From a bacterium (GTDB lineage Bacteria > Actinomycetota > Acidimicrobiia > Spongiisociales > Spongiisociaceae): a stretch of 64,000 bases of DNA. A program made the translations under genes and the position numbers. The stretch covers positions 6,755 through 70,754 of the forward strand of contig JAPPHZ010000021.1 in assembly GCA_028820935.1 (NCBI GenBank), in the 5' to 3' direction. The notes below the pieces were generated by a model that worked only from the letters and a program-made list of their open reading frames with translations, did not search any database and had not been told where the DNA came from. Below, piece after piece: positions 48,096 through 57,292 of the stretch (within the stretch, counting starts at the first letter, position 1; each line of letters opens with the position of its first letter).

Positions 48096-50312
48096 GTGCT
48101 CGGCCGTCTCACCGATTTCGCCTGCAGCCGCCGCGGCAAGTGGGTGACGCTCATTGTCTGGCTGGCGGCCGCCGGCGCGCTGATCTCGCAGCTCCCGATG
48201 CTGGCGGACGCCAACGAGAACGAGCAGGCCCTCTTCCTGCCCAGGGACGCCGAGGCCACCCGGGCGTACCGGTTCGCCCAGGAACGCTTCCCGGCGGCCG
48301 GCACGCCGGTCCTGGTCGTGTTCCGCGAATCCGGGGGCCTGGGGCCTGCCGCCTACGCGGCGGCGGCCGAGCTGGCCGCCTGGCTGTCCGGCCCGGCGGC
48401 GCCGGACAACGTGGGCCAGGTTCTCAGCCCCGACCCGGTCATGGGGCAGAGGACCGGCCTGGTGTCGCCCGACGGCACCACCATGTACGTCTTTGCGGAG
48501 GTGGCCGGCGAGCCTGCCGACCCGGCCTTCCTCGACACGGTCCAGGCGATACGGGACCGATCGGCGGCGTTCGATCTGGGCGGCGTCGAGGTCGCCGTGG
48601 GCGGGCCCGGAGGCCTCATCGTCGACCTGGTCGGGGTGTTCACGCAGATCGACACGCTGCTCCTGGTAGTGACCGTCCTGCTGGTGCTGGTGCTGCTGGT
48701 GATCATCTACCGCTCTCCGGTCATGGCCGCCATCCCGCTGCTGGGGGTGGGGCTGGTCTTCCAGATGGCCGGGGCCATAGCGGCCTGGTACGCCCTCCGC
48801 TTCGGGATCCCCATCTCGGGGCAGACGACCGGCATCATGACGGTGGTCCTCTTCGGCACCGGCACCGACTACGTGCTGTTCGTCTCGGCGCGTTTCCGGG
48901 AGGAGCTGACGCGCCATGACGACCGCCACGAGGCGATGAGGCTGACCATGCGCGGCGTCGGCGGCGCGGTCGCCTCGGCCGGGGCGACGATCCTGGTCGC
49001 GTGCGCGGCGCTCGGGCTCGCCACGCTGCGCTCCTACCAGGCGCTCGGCCCCATCATCGCGCTGGCGGTGGCGCTGATGATGCTGGCCGCCCTGACCCTC
49101 ATTCCGGCGGTGCTGACCATCTTCGGCCGGCGCGCCTTCTGGCCCGCGCAGCCCCGCCTGCAGGCCGGCGCCACGGAGCGGACAGACTGGCGGCGCAGCG
49201 TCTACGGCCGGATTGGCGGGGTCGTTCTGGGCAGGCCAGTCCTGACCCTGGTCGTGACGGGGGTGGGCCTGGCGGTGCTGGTGGCGGGCCTGGTCCCGTT
49301 CCGGGCCAACTACGACCAGCTCGACCGGCTGCCGTCCAATACGGAATCGGTCCGCAGCTTCGAACTGTTGCGGGGCGGGTTCCCGGCCGGCGAGCTCTCT
49401 CCCACCCAGGTCTACGTCTCCCTGCCCCCGGGCGCCGGCGCCCTCGATCCTGCCGTGCTCGAGCAGCTGGATGTCCTCACGCTGGAACTCGCCGGCCACC
49501 CGGCCGTGGCCGACGTCTCCGGTCCGAGCAGACCGTTGGGGATACGGGGGCCGGACATCTCCCGACTGCCGGAGGGGAGCGGGCGCCGGTTCGTCTCCGC
49601 CGACGGGGGAGCAGGCCGTATCGAAGTGGTGCTCGTGGAGGAACCCTTCTCCGGGGAGGCCCTGGATGCGGTACCCGAGTTGCGGGCCCTCGCCCGCCAG
49701 CAGGCTTCGGCCCTGGGCCTGGCCGCCGGGAGCGTGCTGGTGGGCGGGGACACGGCCGAGGCCTACGACACCCGCACGGCGGGCAACAGGGATTCGGTGG
49801 TCGTGCTTCCCCTGATCCTCCTGGCCATCGGAGTGGTCCTGGCCCTGCTGCTGCGCTCGCTCATCGCCCCGCTCTACCTGATGGTGACGATCGCCTTCAC
49901 CTACTTCGCGACGCTCGGGCTCGTGGTGGTGGTGTTCATCGTCCTGGCCGGCCACACCGGGCTGGGTCCCGCCGTCCCGTTCTTCCTCTTCGTGTTCCTG
50001 AACGCGCTGAGCGTCGACTACAACATCTACCTCATGTCGCGCATCCGCGAGGAGGCCCGGACGGCCCCGCTCAGGGAGGCGACCCGCCATGCCCTGGCGC
50101 GCACCGGGCCGGTCATCACCTCCGCCGGGCTCATCCTCGCCGGCACCTTCTCGGCGCTGATGACCCTGCCGCTCCAGGACCTGCTGCAACTCGGGTTCGG
50201 GGTGGCGATCGGGGTGCTGATGGACACCTTCATCACCCGCACCCTGATAGTTCCGGCCGTGGTCTCCCTGCTGGGCCGGTGGAACTGGTGGCCCTCCCGG
50301 ATCACGGCCTGA
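48096..50312 (+). CDS. MMPL-family (RND-superfamily) membrane transporter
   Basis: 738 aa with two 6-TM bundles and two extracytoplasmic loops. The N-terminus has the MMPL style (LGRLTDFACSRRGKWV). Confidence 0.85.
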   Translation: MLGRLTDFACSRRGKWVTLIVWLAAAGALISQLPMLADANENEQALFLPRDAEATRAYRFAQERFPAAGTPVLVVFRESGGLGPAAYAAAAELAAWLSGPAAPDNVGQVLSPDPVMGQRTGLVSPDGTTMYVFAEVAGEPADPAFLDTVQAIRDRSAAFDLGGVEVAVGGPGGLIVDLVGVFTQIDTLLLVVTVLLVLVLLVIIYRSPVMAAIPLLGVGLVFQMAGAIAAWYALRFGIPISGQTTGIMTVVLFGTGTDYVLFVSARFREELTRHDDRHEAMRLTMRGVGGAVASAGATILVACAALGLATLRSYQALGPIIALAVALMMLAALTLIPAVLTIFGRRAFWPAQPRLQAGATERTDWRRSVYGRIGGVVLGRPVLTLVVTGVGLAVLVAGLVPFRANYDQLDRLPSNTESVRSFELLRGGFPAGELSPTQVYVSLPPGAGALDPAVLEQLDVLTLELAGHPAVADVSGPSRPLGIRGPDISRLPEGSGRRFVSADGGAGRIEVVLVEEPFSGEALDAVPELRALARQQASALGLAAGSVLVGGDTAEAYDTRTAGNRDSVVVLPLILLAIGVVLALLLRSLIAPLYLMVTIAFTYFATLGLVVVVFIVLAGHTGLGPAVPFFLFVFLNALSVDYNIYLMSRIREEARTAPLREATRHALARTGPVITSAGLILAGTFSALMTLPLQDLLQLGFGVAIGVLMDTFITRTLIVPAVVSLLGRWNWWPSRITA

Positions 50313-50344
50313 CGGCGCCGGCCCGGCGGATCGGCCCATCAGGC

Positions 50345-50362
50345 AGGGGGTTTTCTCCCCTT
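50345..50362. terminator. Small hairpin between convergent genes
   Basis: AGGGGG-ttttct-CCCCTT. It overlaps the stop codon of the minus-strand gene. Confidence 0.35.
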
Positions 50363-51053
50363 ACTCGCCCAGGCCGGCGATCCACGCGTCGAACAGCTGG
50401 TAGGAACCCTCGTTCAGCTCCGCCCGGGCGTCCTCCATGCCGACCGCGAACTCCTCCGGGTTGCTGCCCGCCCGCTCCACCATCCAGCGGGCACCGTGGT
50501 TGGCCCACCTGTTGGCCGCGGAGTTGTGCGCCTCGGGATGGAACTGGATGGCCAGCGCCGACCCCAGCTCGAAGGCCTGGGGATACCGGTCGGACCGGGC
50601 CAGCAGCACGCTGCCGGGAGGCAGGTCGAAGGTGTCCTGGTGCATCTCGAACACCCTCCGTCCGGCCACTTTCGACACCACCGGGTGGCGGTAACCGGCT
50701 TCGGTGAGCTTCACCGGGACCGCGCCGACCTCCGGACGGTCGGCCAGATAGGCCCGGCCCCCCAGGGCGGCGGCCAGCAGCTGGGATCCGAGGCATATCC
50801 CCAGCACGGGAACGTCCCGCTCCACCAGCTCGCGCACCAGGCGCATCTCGTCGACCAGGTAGGGAAACTCGTCCGTGTCGTAGGCGCCCATGCGGCCGCC
50901 AGTCATCACCAGGACGTCCACGTCCTCGGCCCGTGGGAGCGGGTCCCCGTCGATCACAATGATCTCCTCCCACTCCATCCCGGCATGCTCCAGGCGCTCG
51001 GCCAGCCTGCCCAGGGACTCGTGGGTGTGCCTGATCACCACCATCCTCCCCAT
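50361..51053 (-). CDS. Class I glutamine amidotransferase-like protein
   Basis: The start is at MGRMVVIRH (ATG 51051-53). It contains the nucleophile elbow GICLGSQLLA and a C-terminal HPE motif. Confidence 0.8.
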   Translation of the reverse strand: MGRMVVIRHTHESLGRLAERLEHAGMEWEEIIVIDGDPLPRAEDVDVLVMTGGRMGAYDTDEFPYLVDEMRLVRELVERDVPVLGICLGSQLLAAALGGRAYLADRPEVGAVPVKLTEAGYRHPVVSKVAGRRVFEMHQDTFDLPPGSVLLARSDRYPQAFELGSALAIQFHPEAHNSAANRWANHGARWMVERAGSNPEEFAVGMEDARAELNEGSYQLFDAWIAGLGE

Positions 51054-51247
51054 CGGCCGGAGTCTATCGCGCCGCCGTGGAGAGTCAGGACCGATGGTTG
51101 CACCCGGCAGGAGCCGGGATCGGCGGTCACGGAGCCTCGGAGGCGTCATGCTCCCTGTGATTCGAGACCTGGCATTGATTCGCCCTTGGGTCAATTGGGG
51201 CCGGTGGGAAGTATCATGAGCCGGGTCCCGAAGACCGGGGAGAATCA

Positions 51248-52351
51248 GTGACAGCAGCCGAGCGTTCCGCCTCCCTCAGCCGGCGCCGGCCGGCCCTGGT
51301 GGGGTTGGTCGCGCTCGCGCTGGTGGTCGCCGCGACTTCTCCGGCGCCGGCCGCCACCGGCGCCGTCGGAGGCTTCACCGACGTGCCGGAGGGCAACGTG
51401 CACGAGCCAGCCATCAACGCCCTCGCGGAGATGGGCCTGTTCGAGGACACCCTTTGCGAGGACGGCCTCTTCTGTCCCGGCGACCCGATGAAGCGGTGGG
51501 TGATGGCCGTCTGGCTGATCCGGGCGCTCGGTGGCGAGGTCACCACGACCGGGTCCTCCCGCTTCGCGGACGTCGACGCCGCCTCGTGGTGGTCCCCCTA
51601 CGTGGAGGAACTCGCCGACCGGGAGATCACCAAGGGATGCAGAACTGAACCGCTCCGCTATTGCCCGGACGGGACCGTAACCCGGGCCGAGATGGCCAGC
51701 TTCCTGGTCCGCGCCTTCGATCTCGAACCCGCCGAGTCGTCGGCCGGGTTCACCGACGTGGACGTGGGCAGCATGCACGGAGCCGACATCGACGCCCTGT
51801 TCGCGGCCGGCGTCACCGCCGGCTGCGCGGACGATCCGCTCCGCTACTGCCCCGGCCAGTCCGTCAAACGGGGCGAGATGGCCACCTTCCTGCACCGGGC
51901 ATTGCTGAAACAGCAAGAGGAGGCCGGGATCAGCGACGATGTCCCAGATGTCAGCCTGACCGACGTTTCCACCGGCGACACCGTGGAGCTCCGGTCGCTG
52001 TTCACCGGCGACAAGGCGGTCATGTTCTGGTTCTGGGCCGAGTGGTGACCCACTTGCCGGGGGCACGCCCCCGAGGTCGAGCGGTTCGCTCGAGAGAATG
52101 CCGACAAGGTCAACGTGGTGGGCATCAACCCGCGGACATGGAACAATCTGGGCGAGGCTAGGAGCTTCGTGAGCACGTACCGGCTCACCTTCACCAACCT
52201 CTGGGACAGCTCGGATACCGTCCGGAGGCACTACGGCAGCCCCTACACGTCCAGGGCGCTCCTGGTCGACAAGCACGGCAACCGGGTGGAGCAGGCTCCC
52301 AGCCTCTTCTCCACCAGCAGGTTCCAGAGGCTGGTGGACGGCCTGGACTAG
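51248..52351 (+). CDS. Surface-anchored (3x SLH) TlpA/ResA-type thioredoxin-fold protein with an in-frame UGA (candidate selenocysteine) at 52046-52048
   Basis: A GTG start follows a GGGGAGAA SD. The leader is SLSRRRPALVGLVALALVVAATSPAPAA and three SLH units follow. ORFs 51248..52048 and 52115..52351 share one frame. Read-through gives ...AVMFWFWAEW[U]PTCRGHAPEVERF..., which is WCxxC with the first Cys replaced by UGA. Confidence 0.7.
52058..52073 (+). promoter_or_regulatory. Hairpin 9 nt downstream of the UGA (candidate SECIS core)
   Basis: CGGGGG-cacg-CCCCCG. The loop does not match the E. coli GGUC type. Confidence 0.35.
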
Positions 52352-52488
52352 CGGCCCATCGGTTGCCGGTGGGGAGGGAATGTCGGGAGAAGGCCCCGGC
52401 CGGGCCTACCGGCAGGCAGGAGTGCCCGGAGCCGTTGGTCCGCCGGGTCGGGCAACCGGAAGGGCTTGCGAAACCGGCTCGATCCGCC

Positions 52489-53232
52489 TCACCTGTTTCT
52501 TATGTATATCTGCTTGTGCCCACCGAGTATCCGCTCTTCAGTCCTGAACTTGTCGGGCCGGGACTTGATGAGAGGGGACAACCGCGAGTGCCCGTAACTG
52601 CGGTAGTCGAACGCGGGGTCCAGCTTCCGTATCTGGCTCCCGACCGCCCCGATGTTGGCCCAGCCGTCCTCGTCAAGAACAGCCTCTATGGCTCGCCTAG
52701 CGGTCACGATCCATTTCGTGGGACCCGGAGATTTGTCCTGGTTGGTGGCGGGCTGCTCGGGCGCCTTCAGGTTCTCGGTGTAGACGAAGATCTCGCATGC
52801 GTTGACCAGAGAGTTCGGCGTCTGCCTCTGGCCTATACCCATGACGAACAGGCCCTGTTCGCGGATTCTCGTGGCCAGGCGGGTGTAGTCGCTGTCGCTG
52901 GAGACTATGCAGAAGCCGTCAACGGATCCGGCGTGCAGCAGGTCCATCGCATCGATGATCAAGGCACTGTCCGTAGCGTTCTTACCCACCGTGTAACGGA
53001 ACTGCTGTATCGGCTGGATGGCAAAGGTCTGCAGACCCTTCTTCCACGAGGACATTTGAGGCAGCGTCCAGTCCCCGTAGATGCGCCGGGTCGTCACGAT
53101 CCCGTACTTGGCGACCTCGGCCAGGATGTCCTCTATGAGAGAGGGCTGCGCATTGTCGCCGTCGATGAGCAGTGCTATCTGGCCCGAGCGTGATGCACGC
53201 CTTGCCATGTACTGAGCATCTTCCTGGGTCAC
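52489..53232 (-). CDS. NYN (LabA-like) nuclease domain + OST-HTH/LOTUS domain protein
   Basis: It contains ALLIDGDN...GKNATDSALIIDAMDL...FCIVSSDSDYTRLATRIRE (NYN). The C-terminus is ...DGWANIGAVGSQIRKLDPAFDYRSYG (OST-HTH). GC is clearly lower than in the flanks. Confidence 0.8.
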   Translation of the reverse strand: MTQEDAQYMARRASRSGQIALLIDGDNAQPSLIEDILAEVAKYGIVTTRRIYGDWTLPQMSSWKKGLQTFAIQPIQQFRYTVGKNATDSALIIDAMDLLHAGSVDGFCIVSSDSDYTRLATRIREQGLFVMGIGQRQTPNSLVNACEIFVYTENLKAPEQPATNQDKSPGPTKWIVTARRAIEAVLDEDGWANIGAVGSQIRKLDPAFDYRSYGHSRLSPLIKSRPDKFRTEERILGGHKQIYIRNR

Positions 53233-53310
53233 CTTGGTTGATTCTCCTTACTGAGGGAGTTCAGCCTAGATATCGCTGCCGCTAGGCGCCGGCACGTCCC
53301 TACTCGGGCC

Positions 53311-54072
53311 CTACTTGGGCGCCATCCTGATCCCGCCGTCCATGCGGATGGTCTCGCCGTTCATGTACCGGTGGGTGACCAGGAACATCACCACCTTGGC
53401 GTACTCGTCCGGACGGCCCAGGCGCTTGGGGTGGAGGACCTGGCGGCCCAGCGACTCCTTGGCCGGCTCGGGCAGGCCGGCCAGGAGGGGGGTGTCGATG
53501 ATCCCGGGGGCGATGGTGCTGACCCGGATCCCCAGAACGGAGAGATCCCTGGCGATCGGCAGGGTCATCCCCACGATCCCGCCCTTGGACGCCGAGTAGG
53601 CGGCCTGGCCGATCTGGCCGTCGTAGGCGGCCACCGAGGCCGTGTTGATGATGGCGCCCCGGTCGTTGTGCTCGTCGGGCTCGTTCCCCATCATCGCCGA
53701 GGCGGCGACCCGGATCGTGTTGAAGGTCCCCACCAGGTTGATGTCGATCACCTTGCGGAACTGGGCCAGGGAGTGGGGGGTCCCGTCCCGGGCGAGGGTC
53801 CGGCAGGGCGGTCCGATTCCGGCGCAGTTGACGACCACCCGTATCTCGCCCAGCCCGGCGGCCGCGTCGACCCCGGCCACCATGTCATCCTCGCTGGTCA
53901 CGTCACAATGGGCGAAGATGCCGCCCAGCTCGCCGGCGACCGCCCCGCCGAGGTCGTCGTTGACGTCGAGGATCGCCACCTTCGCGCCCTCGGCGGCCAG
54001 CGCCCGGGCGGCTGCCGCCCCGAGGCCCGAAGCCCCTCCGGTCACCACCGCCACAGCTCCGTTGAGGTCCAT
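53311..54072 (-). CDS. SDR, 3-hydroxyacyl-CoA dehydrogenase type-2-like
   Basis: The start is at MDLNGAVAVVTGGASGLG (ATG 54070-72, SD GGAAGGA). YSASKGG is present. The listed 442-aa ORF is over-extended. Confidence 0.85.
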   Translation of the reverse strand: MDLNGAVAVVTGGASGLGAAAARALAAEGAKVAILDVNDDLGGAVAGELGGIFAHCDVTSEDDMVAGVDAAAGLGEIRVVVNCAGIGPPCRTLARDGTPHSLAQFRKVIDINLVGTFNTIRVAASAMMGNEPDEHNDRGAIINTASVAAYDGQIGQAAYSASKGGIVGMTLPIARDLSVLGIRVSTIAPGIIDTPLLAGLPEPAKESLGRQVLHPKRLGRPDEYAKVVMFLVTHRYMNGETIRMDGGIRMAPK

Positions 54073-54251
54073 ACCGTCCTTCCTTGCCTTCCTGCCTGCT
54101 GCGCCCGACGCTACCCGGCCGTAGGCCAGACCGGAAAGTCGGCACGGCGGTTCTTTGGGTGCCTTGGCCTCGATCCGGGACGGAGCACCGGATTCTGCGG
54201 GCTCGATGCCATCATGGTGCGTGGCCAGGACGCGACCGGAGGATTCGAGGC

Positions 54252-54827
54252 GTGGCCGAACGCAGCACCAGACCCGATCAGGGCAACCGGACCCGGTCCT
54301 CGCGCGGGCCCGCTGGGGACAGGGGAGCGCGGCCACGGGACCGCACGGTCGTGTACACCGACGGTGCCTGTTCCGGGAATCCCGGACCGGGAGGATGGGC
54401 CTGGGTGATCCCCGGAGGCCGCTACCGGAGCGGCGCCGAGCCACACACCACCAACCAGCGCATGGAGCTGGCGGCCGCCCTGGACGCGGTGCGGACCATC
54501 GAAGGCGCGGTGGAGGTCGTGAGCGATTCGGCGTATGTCGTGAACTGCTTCCGGCAGGGCTGGTGGAAGGGTTGGCTCGCCCGCGGCTGGACGAACACCA
54601 AGAAGCAGCCGGTGGCGAACCGTGACCTCTGGGAGCCACTGGTCGACCTCTACCGGTCCAGGCCGATCACCTTCCGCTGGGTGAAGGGACACGGGGGCGA
54701 CCGGTGGAACGACCTGGCCGACCGGTTGGCCGTCCAGGCGTCGGTGACCCAGCAAGGCGCCGAGGGCGAGGGTCAGCCACCTCCCGGCCATCTAGCCGCC
54801 CGCAGCCGGGGTGGCGAGTGGTCATGA
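54252..54827 (+). CDS. rnhA: Ribonuclease HI
   Basis: It contains VYTDGACSGNPGPGGWA...TNQRMEL...SDSAYV...WVKGHGG...NDLADRLA (DEDD catalytic pattern). The start is uncertain; GTG 54252 was chosen. Confidence 0.8.
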   Translation: MAERSTRPDQGNRTRSSRGPAGDRGARPRDRTVVYTDGACSGNPGPGGWAWVIPGGRYRSGAEPHTTNQRMELAAALDAVRTIEGAVEVVSDSAYVVNCFRQGWWKGWLARGWTNTKKQPVANRDLWEPLVDLYRSRPITFRWVKGHGGDRWNDLADRLAVQASVTQQGAEGEGQPPPGHLAARSRGGEWS

Positions 54828-54966
54828 CTCCCCAGGCTCGCTCCGTACCCGTTCCCTGAGGCCTGCCCGGACACCGTGACGCATGCTGGATGGTCCGGCC
54901 CACCCAGAGAACGATCCTCCCCACCGAGGGTGGATCCGCCTCGGCGAAATCAACGGGGGACTGAAC

Positions 54967-55201
54967 GTGTCACACCCCCGCGATACGTTGCCTGTCGCCA
55001 AGCACCTACACCGGCCTGAAGGCTTACATCGATCGGTCCGGCCGGCCCGGAGGGAACAAACAAGGCTTCATGGAGCGAACCGTCATGCCACCCGGCATCC
55101 AGCCGGGCATGGCCGACCACGCTCCAAGCCAAGGACAGGTGGTGGCGGGGGAGGGCCCGGTGCGGAGCACCGGTTTTCGCGAGTTTTGCCCCGGGTCTCG
55201 G
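54967..55201 (+). repeat. Noncoding repeat family B, copy 2
   Basis: See copy 1. It contains an internal hairpin CATGCC-a-CCCGGC atcca GCCGGG-CATGG, flanked by GGAGCG ... CGCTCC. Confidence 0.6.
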
Positions 55202-55216
55202 TTCTTGATGCACAGG

Positions 55217-55490
55217 GCACCAAATATGACGCCCTGATCCTCAGGTTCACCGCACCAGATATGACGCCCTGTGCCTTAGGTTGGTGGGTGGGGTGGGTGT
55301 GGCTCTGAACCTTAGGTTCACAGCGCGGTAGAGCACGTTCTGAGCCTTAGGTTCATGGCGCGGTGTAAGACGTTCGGATCCTGAGGAACGCAGCACCGTG
55401 GGTGACGTTGTCAGCCTCGAGAGCTGGGGTTTGCGAACTTGAGGCGTAGGGCACCGCTGGTGACGCTCTGATCCTGAGGCTCGGAGCTTG
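55217..55490. repeat. Degenerate 35-36-bp tandem array (7-8 units), each unit centred on a TGAnCCTnAGGTTCA-like palindrome
   Basis: CCTNAGG cores lie at 55239, 55274, 55310, 55345, 55380, 55415, (55437) and 55473. A perfect 15-bp palindrome TGAACCTTAGGTTCA is at 55306-55320. Adjacent units are mutually similar (GCACC...GACGYYCTG...). Confidence 0.65.
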
Positions 55491-55507
55491 GGGGACGGGG
55501 CCGGGGG

Positions 55508-56191
55508 TTAGGGCTTGGTGAAGGACATCTCGCGGCGGAACTTTTTCCAGTCGCCGACCTTTGTGGACCAGAGGATGTCGGTGATGATCGACACCACGCC
55601 TATTACCACCAGGAGGATCGTGGCCCAGGTGGGGACTCCGGCTATCAGGGCGGCGGGGAGGAGGGCGAAGGGCAGGACCTTGGTCATCAGGGCGCCGGAG
55701 GCGTGCATCCAGGCCCGCCGCCTGGCATCGGTGGTCAGGTAGGTGGCGTAGTCGGTCTTAACGCCCGGCTGCGGTCGAGCGATAGTGCCGATGAACCAGT
55801 GGGTGAAGCGTATCCCCGCCAGCCGGCCCACCACCAGGTGGGCCAGGCCGTGGGTGGTCACCAGCATGACGCCGGCCCCGGCCAGGAGGAGCAATCCGTT
55901 CCACGGATCGGGCGTGCTGTATGCCAGGCCGACCAGCACCAGCCCCACCACAGTTCCCACCAGGGCGGAGAGGGTGCCCAATCCGAGGGGGACGGTGAGC
56001 ATTGCCCACCGCTCGAAGGCGGTGCGATCGATGGCGGCGATCCGCCCGGCGAACTCCATCGCCAGGTCCGGGCTCTGCTTGGCGGCGGAGACGACCTTCC
56101 AGAAGCCCGATCCGGCCAGCCCAGCCGCGGGGTCCGAGTCGAACTGCTCCTCGACCGTGCTCAATGCCGTTTCGGCCTCGCTCCGCTCCAT
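55508..56191 (-). CDS. Hypothetical membrane protein
   Basis: The start is set at MERSEAE (ATG 56189-91). It has ~5 TM spans and an HGLAHLVVGR segment. I recognise no family. Confidence 0.5.
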   Translation of the reverse strand: MERSEAETALSTVEEQFDSDPAAGLAGSGFWKVVSAAKQSPDLAMEFAGRIAAIDRTAFERWAMLTVPLGLGTLSALVGTVVGLVLVGLAYSTPDPWNGLLLLAGAGVMLVTTHGLAHLVVGRLAGIRFTHWFIGTIARPQPGVKTDYATYLTTDARRRAWMHASGALMTKVLPFALLPAALIAGVPTWATILLVVIGVVSIITDILWSTKVGDWKKFRREMSFTKP

Positions 56192-56292
56192 GTCCGATCT
56201 CCCCGGCTGCGGCCCTTCCGATGCTAATTGGAAGCGCCTGCTAGCTGTGCTGTCCCGGCAGGTCACGGTCCGGCCCCGAGAAAGGTATCCCC

Positions 56293-57177
56293 TCAACCCA
56301 GGCCGGTCAGGAACGCCGGGTTCTCCTTGGTCATCTTCTCCAGGGCGCCGTAGTCCACACCCTCATCAAGAAGCGAGCGGAGAAGCATGCGCATCCCCTC
56401 CGGATGCGGCGGTCCCGAGGCCTGGCCCAGATCCGAGCTGAGGATCAGCCGCTCTCCGGCATGGGCTTCGATGATCGGAGCCAGCTCCGCCGGGGTCTGC
56501 TCGCCGAACAACTCCGACACGCAGGTGACGGCGACGATCTCGAGGTAGGCACCGCATGCGACCAACTCCCGCTGGACGTCGAGGTCGTACTTGGTCAAGC
56601 TCAAGTTCACGTGGGTGACCAGCAGCCTCTCGAGTCCCACCCGGTTGGCCTCCGCGGCCACCAGGCGGGTCTCCTCGAGGCTGAGATGGCCGGTGCACAG
56701 GCACGCGCCCGCCTCGGCCACCAGCCTGATCACCGTCCTGGCGTCGCCGGTTAGGCAGCCGTTCCCATCGAGGACGGTGACACCCGGACCCGGGAGTTGC
56801 GGCTGCCGGCGGCCCAGTTGCGGGTAGTCCGGGGTTCCGTAGTAGTCATCGTGATGCTTCGAGTGGTTGGTGGGCATCCATACCACCCTGGCCCCGTACT
56901 GGAGGGCGGCCTCCACCACATACGGGTCGATGCCGCCGACCGAACGGTTCAGCACGATGGCGCCGATGGGGTCGATGCCGGGCATGGAGCGTTTGAGGTG
57001 AGCGGCGCGGTGGAACGTGGCGCTGTCATGGTCCTTCATGACGAAGCCGCGCATGCCGTAGTCGAGTGCCAAGCGGCCCAGGTCATGGTCCGTGATGGGG
57101 CGGGGAAACAGGGAGGGAGCGCTGTGGGCGTGCATGTCGATCGCTCCGCGGAGCAACTCCAGATCCCTTCGCTGCAC
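56293..57177 (-). CDS. Metal-dependent hydrolase of the amidohydrolase/TIM-barrel type
   Basis: 294 aa. It has an N-terminal IDMHAHS metal motif, and later H/D residues are spaced as in amidohydrolase-like folds. The family assignment is tentative. Confidence 0.5.
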   Translation of the reverse strand: MQRRDLELLRGAIDMHAHSAPSLFPRPITDHDLGRLALDYGMRGFVMKDHDSATFHRAAHLKRSMPGIDPIGAIVLNRSVGGIDPYVVEAALQYGARVVWMPTNHSKHHDDYYGTPDYPQLGRRQPQLPGPGVTVLDGNGCLTGDARTVIRLVAEAGACLCTGHLSLEETRLVAAEANRVGLERLLVTHVNLSLTKYDLDVQRELVACGAYLEIVAVTCVSELFGEQTPAELAPIIEAHAGERLILSSDLGQASGPPHPEGMRMLLRSLLDEGVDYGALEKMTKENPAFLTGLG

Positions 57178-57292
57178 GGATCGCCTCCTGCTTGCCCGTA
57201 TCCGGCCGGTTCCTATCGGGCCGCGGGCTCCCGAGAAGGGGTCTCGGGGTGTCCGGCAACCCTCGCCGGATGCTACAGGGAGGCGTAGCGGC

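Noticed and set aside
47649-52048. TGA as a generally reassigned sense codon (Gly/Trp-type recoding) explaining the two interrupted genes
   Set aside because: Many well-supported genes in this window terminate at TGA at the expected protein ends (e.g. dapA, the M16 peptidase, the vWA protein, rhomboid). Recoding is therefore site-specific, consistent with Sec, and not genome-wide.
55217-55490. CRISPR array interpretation of the 35-bp periodic region
   Set aside because: The period is ~35 bp, not ~60-75 bp. Adjacent units resemble each other, so there is no repeat/unique-spacer alternation. The units are degenerate and no cas genes are present in the window.
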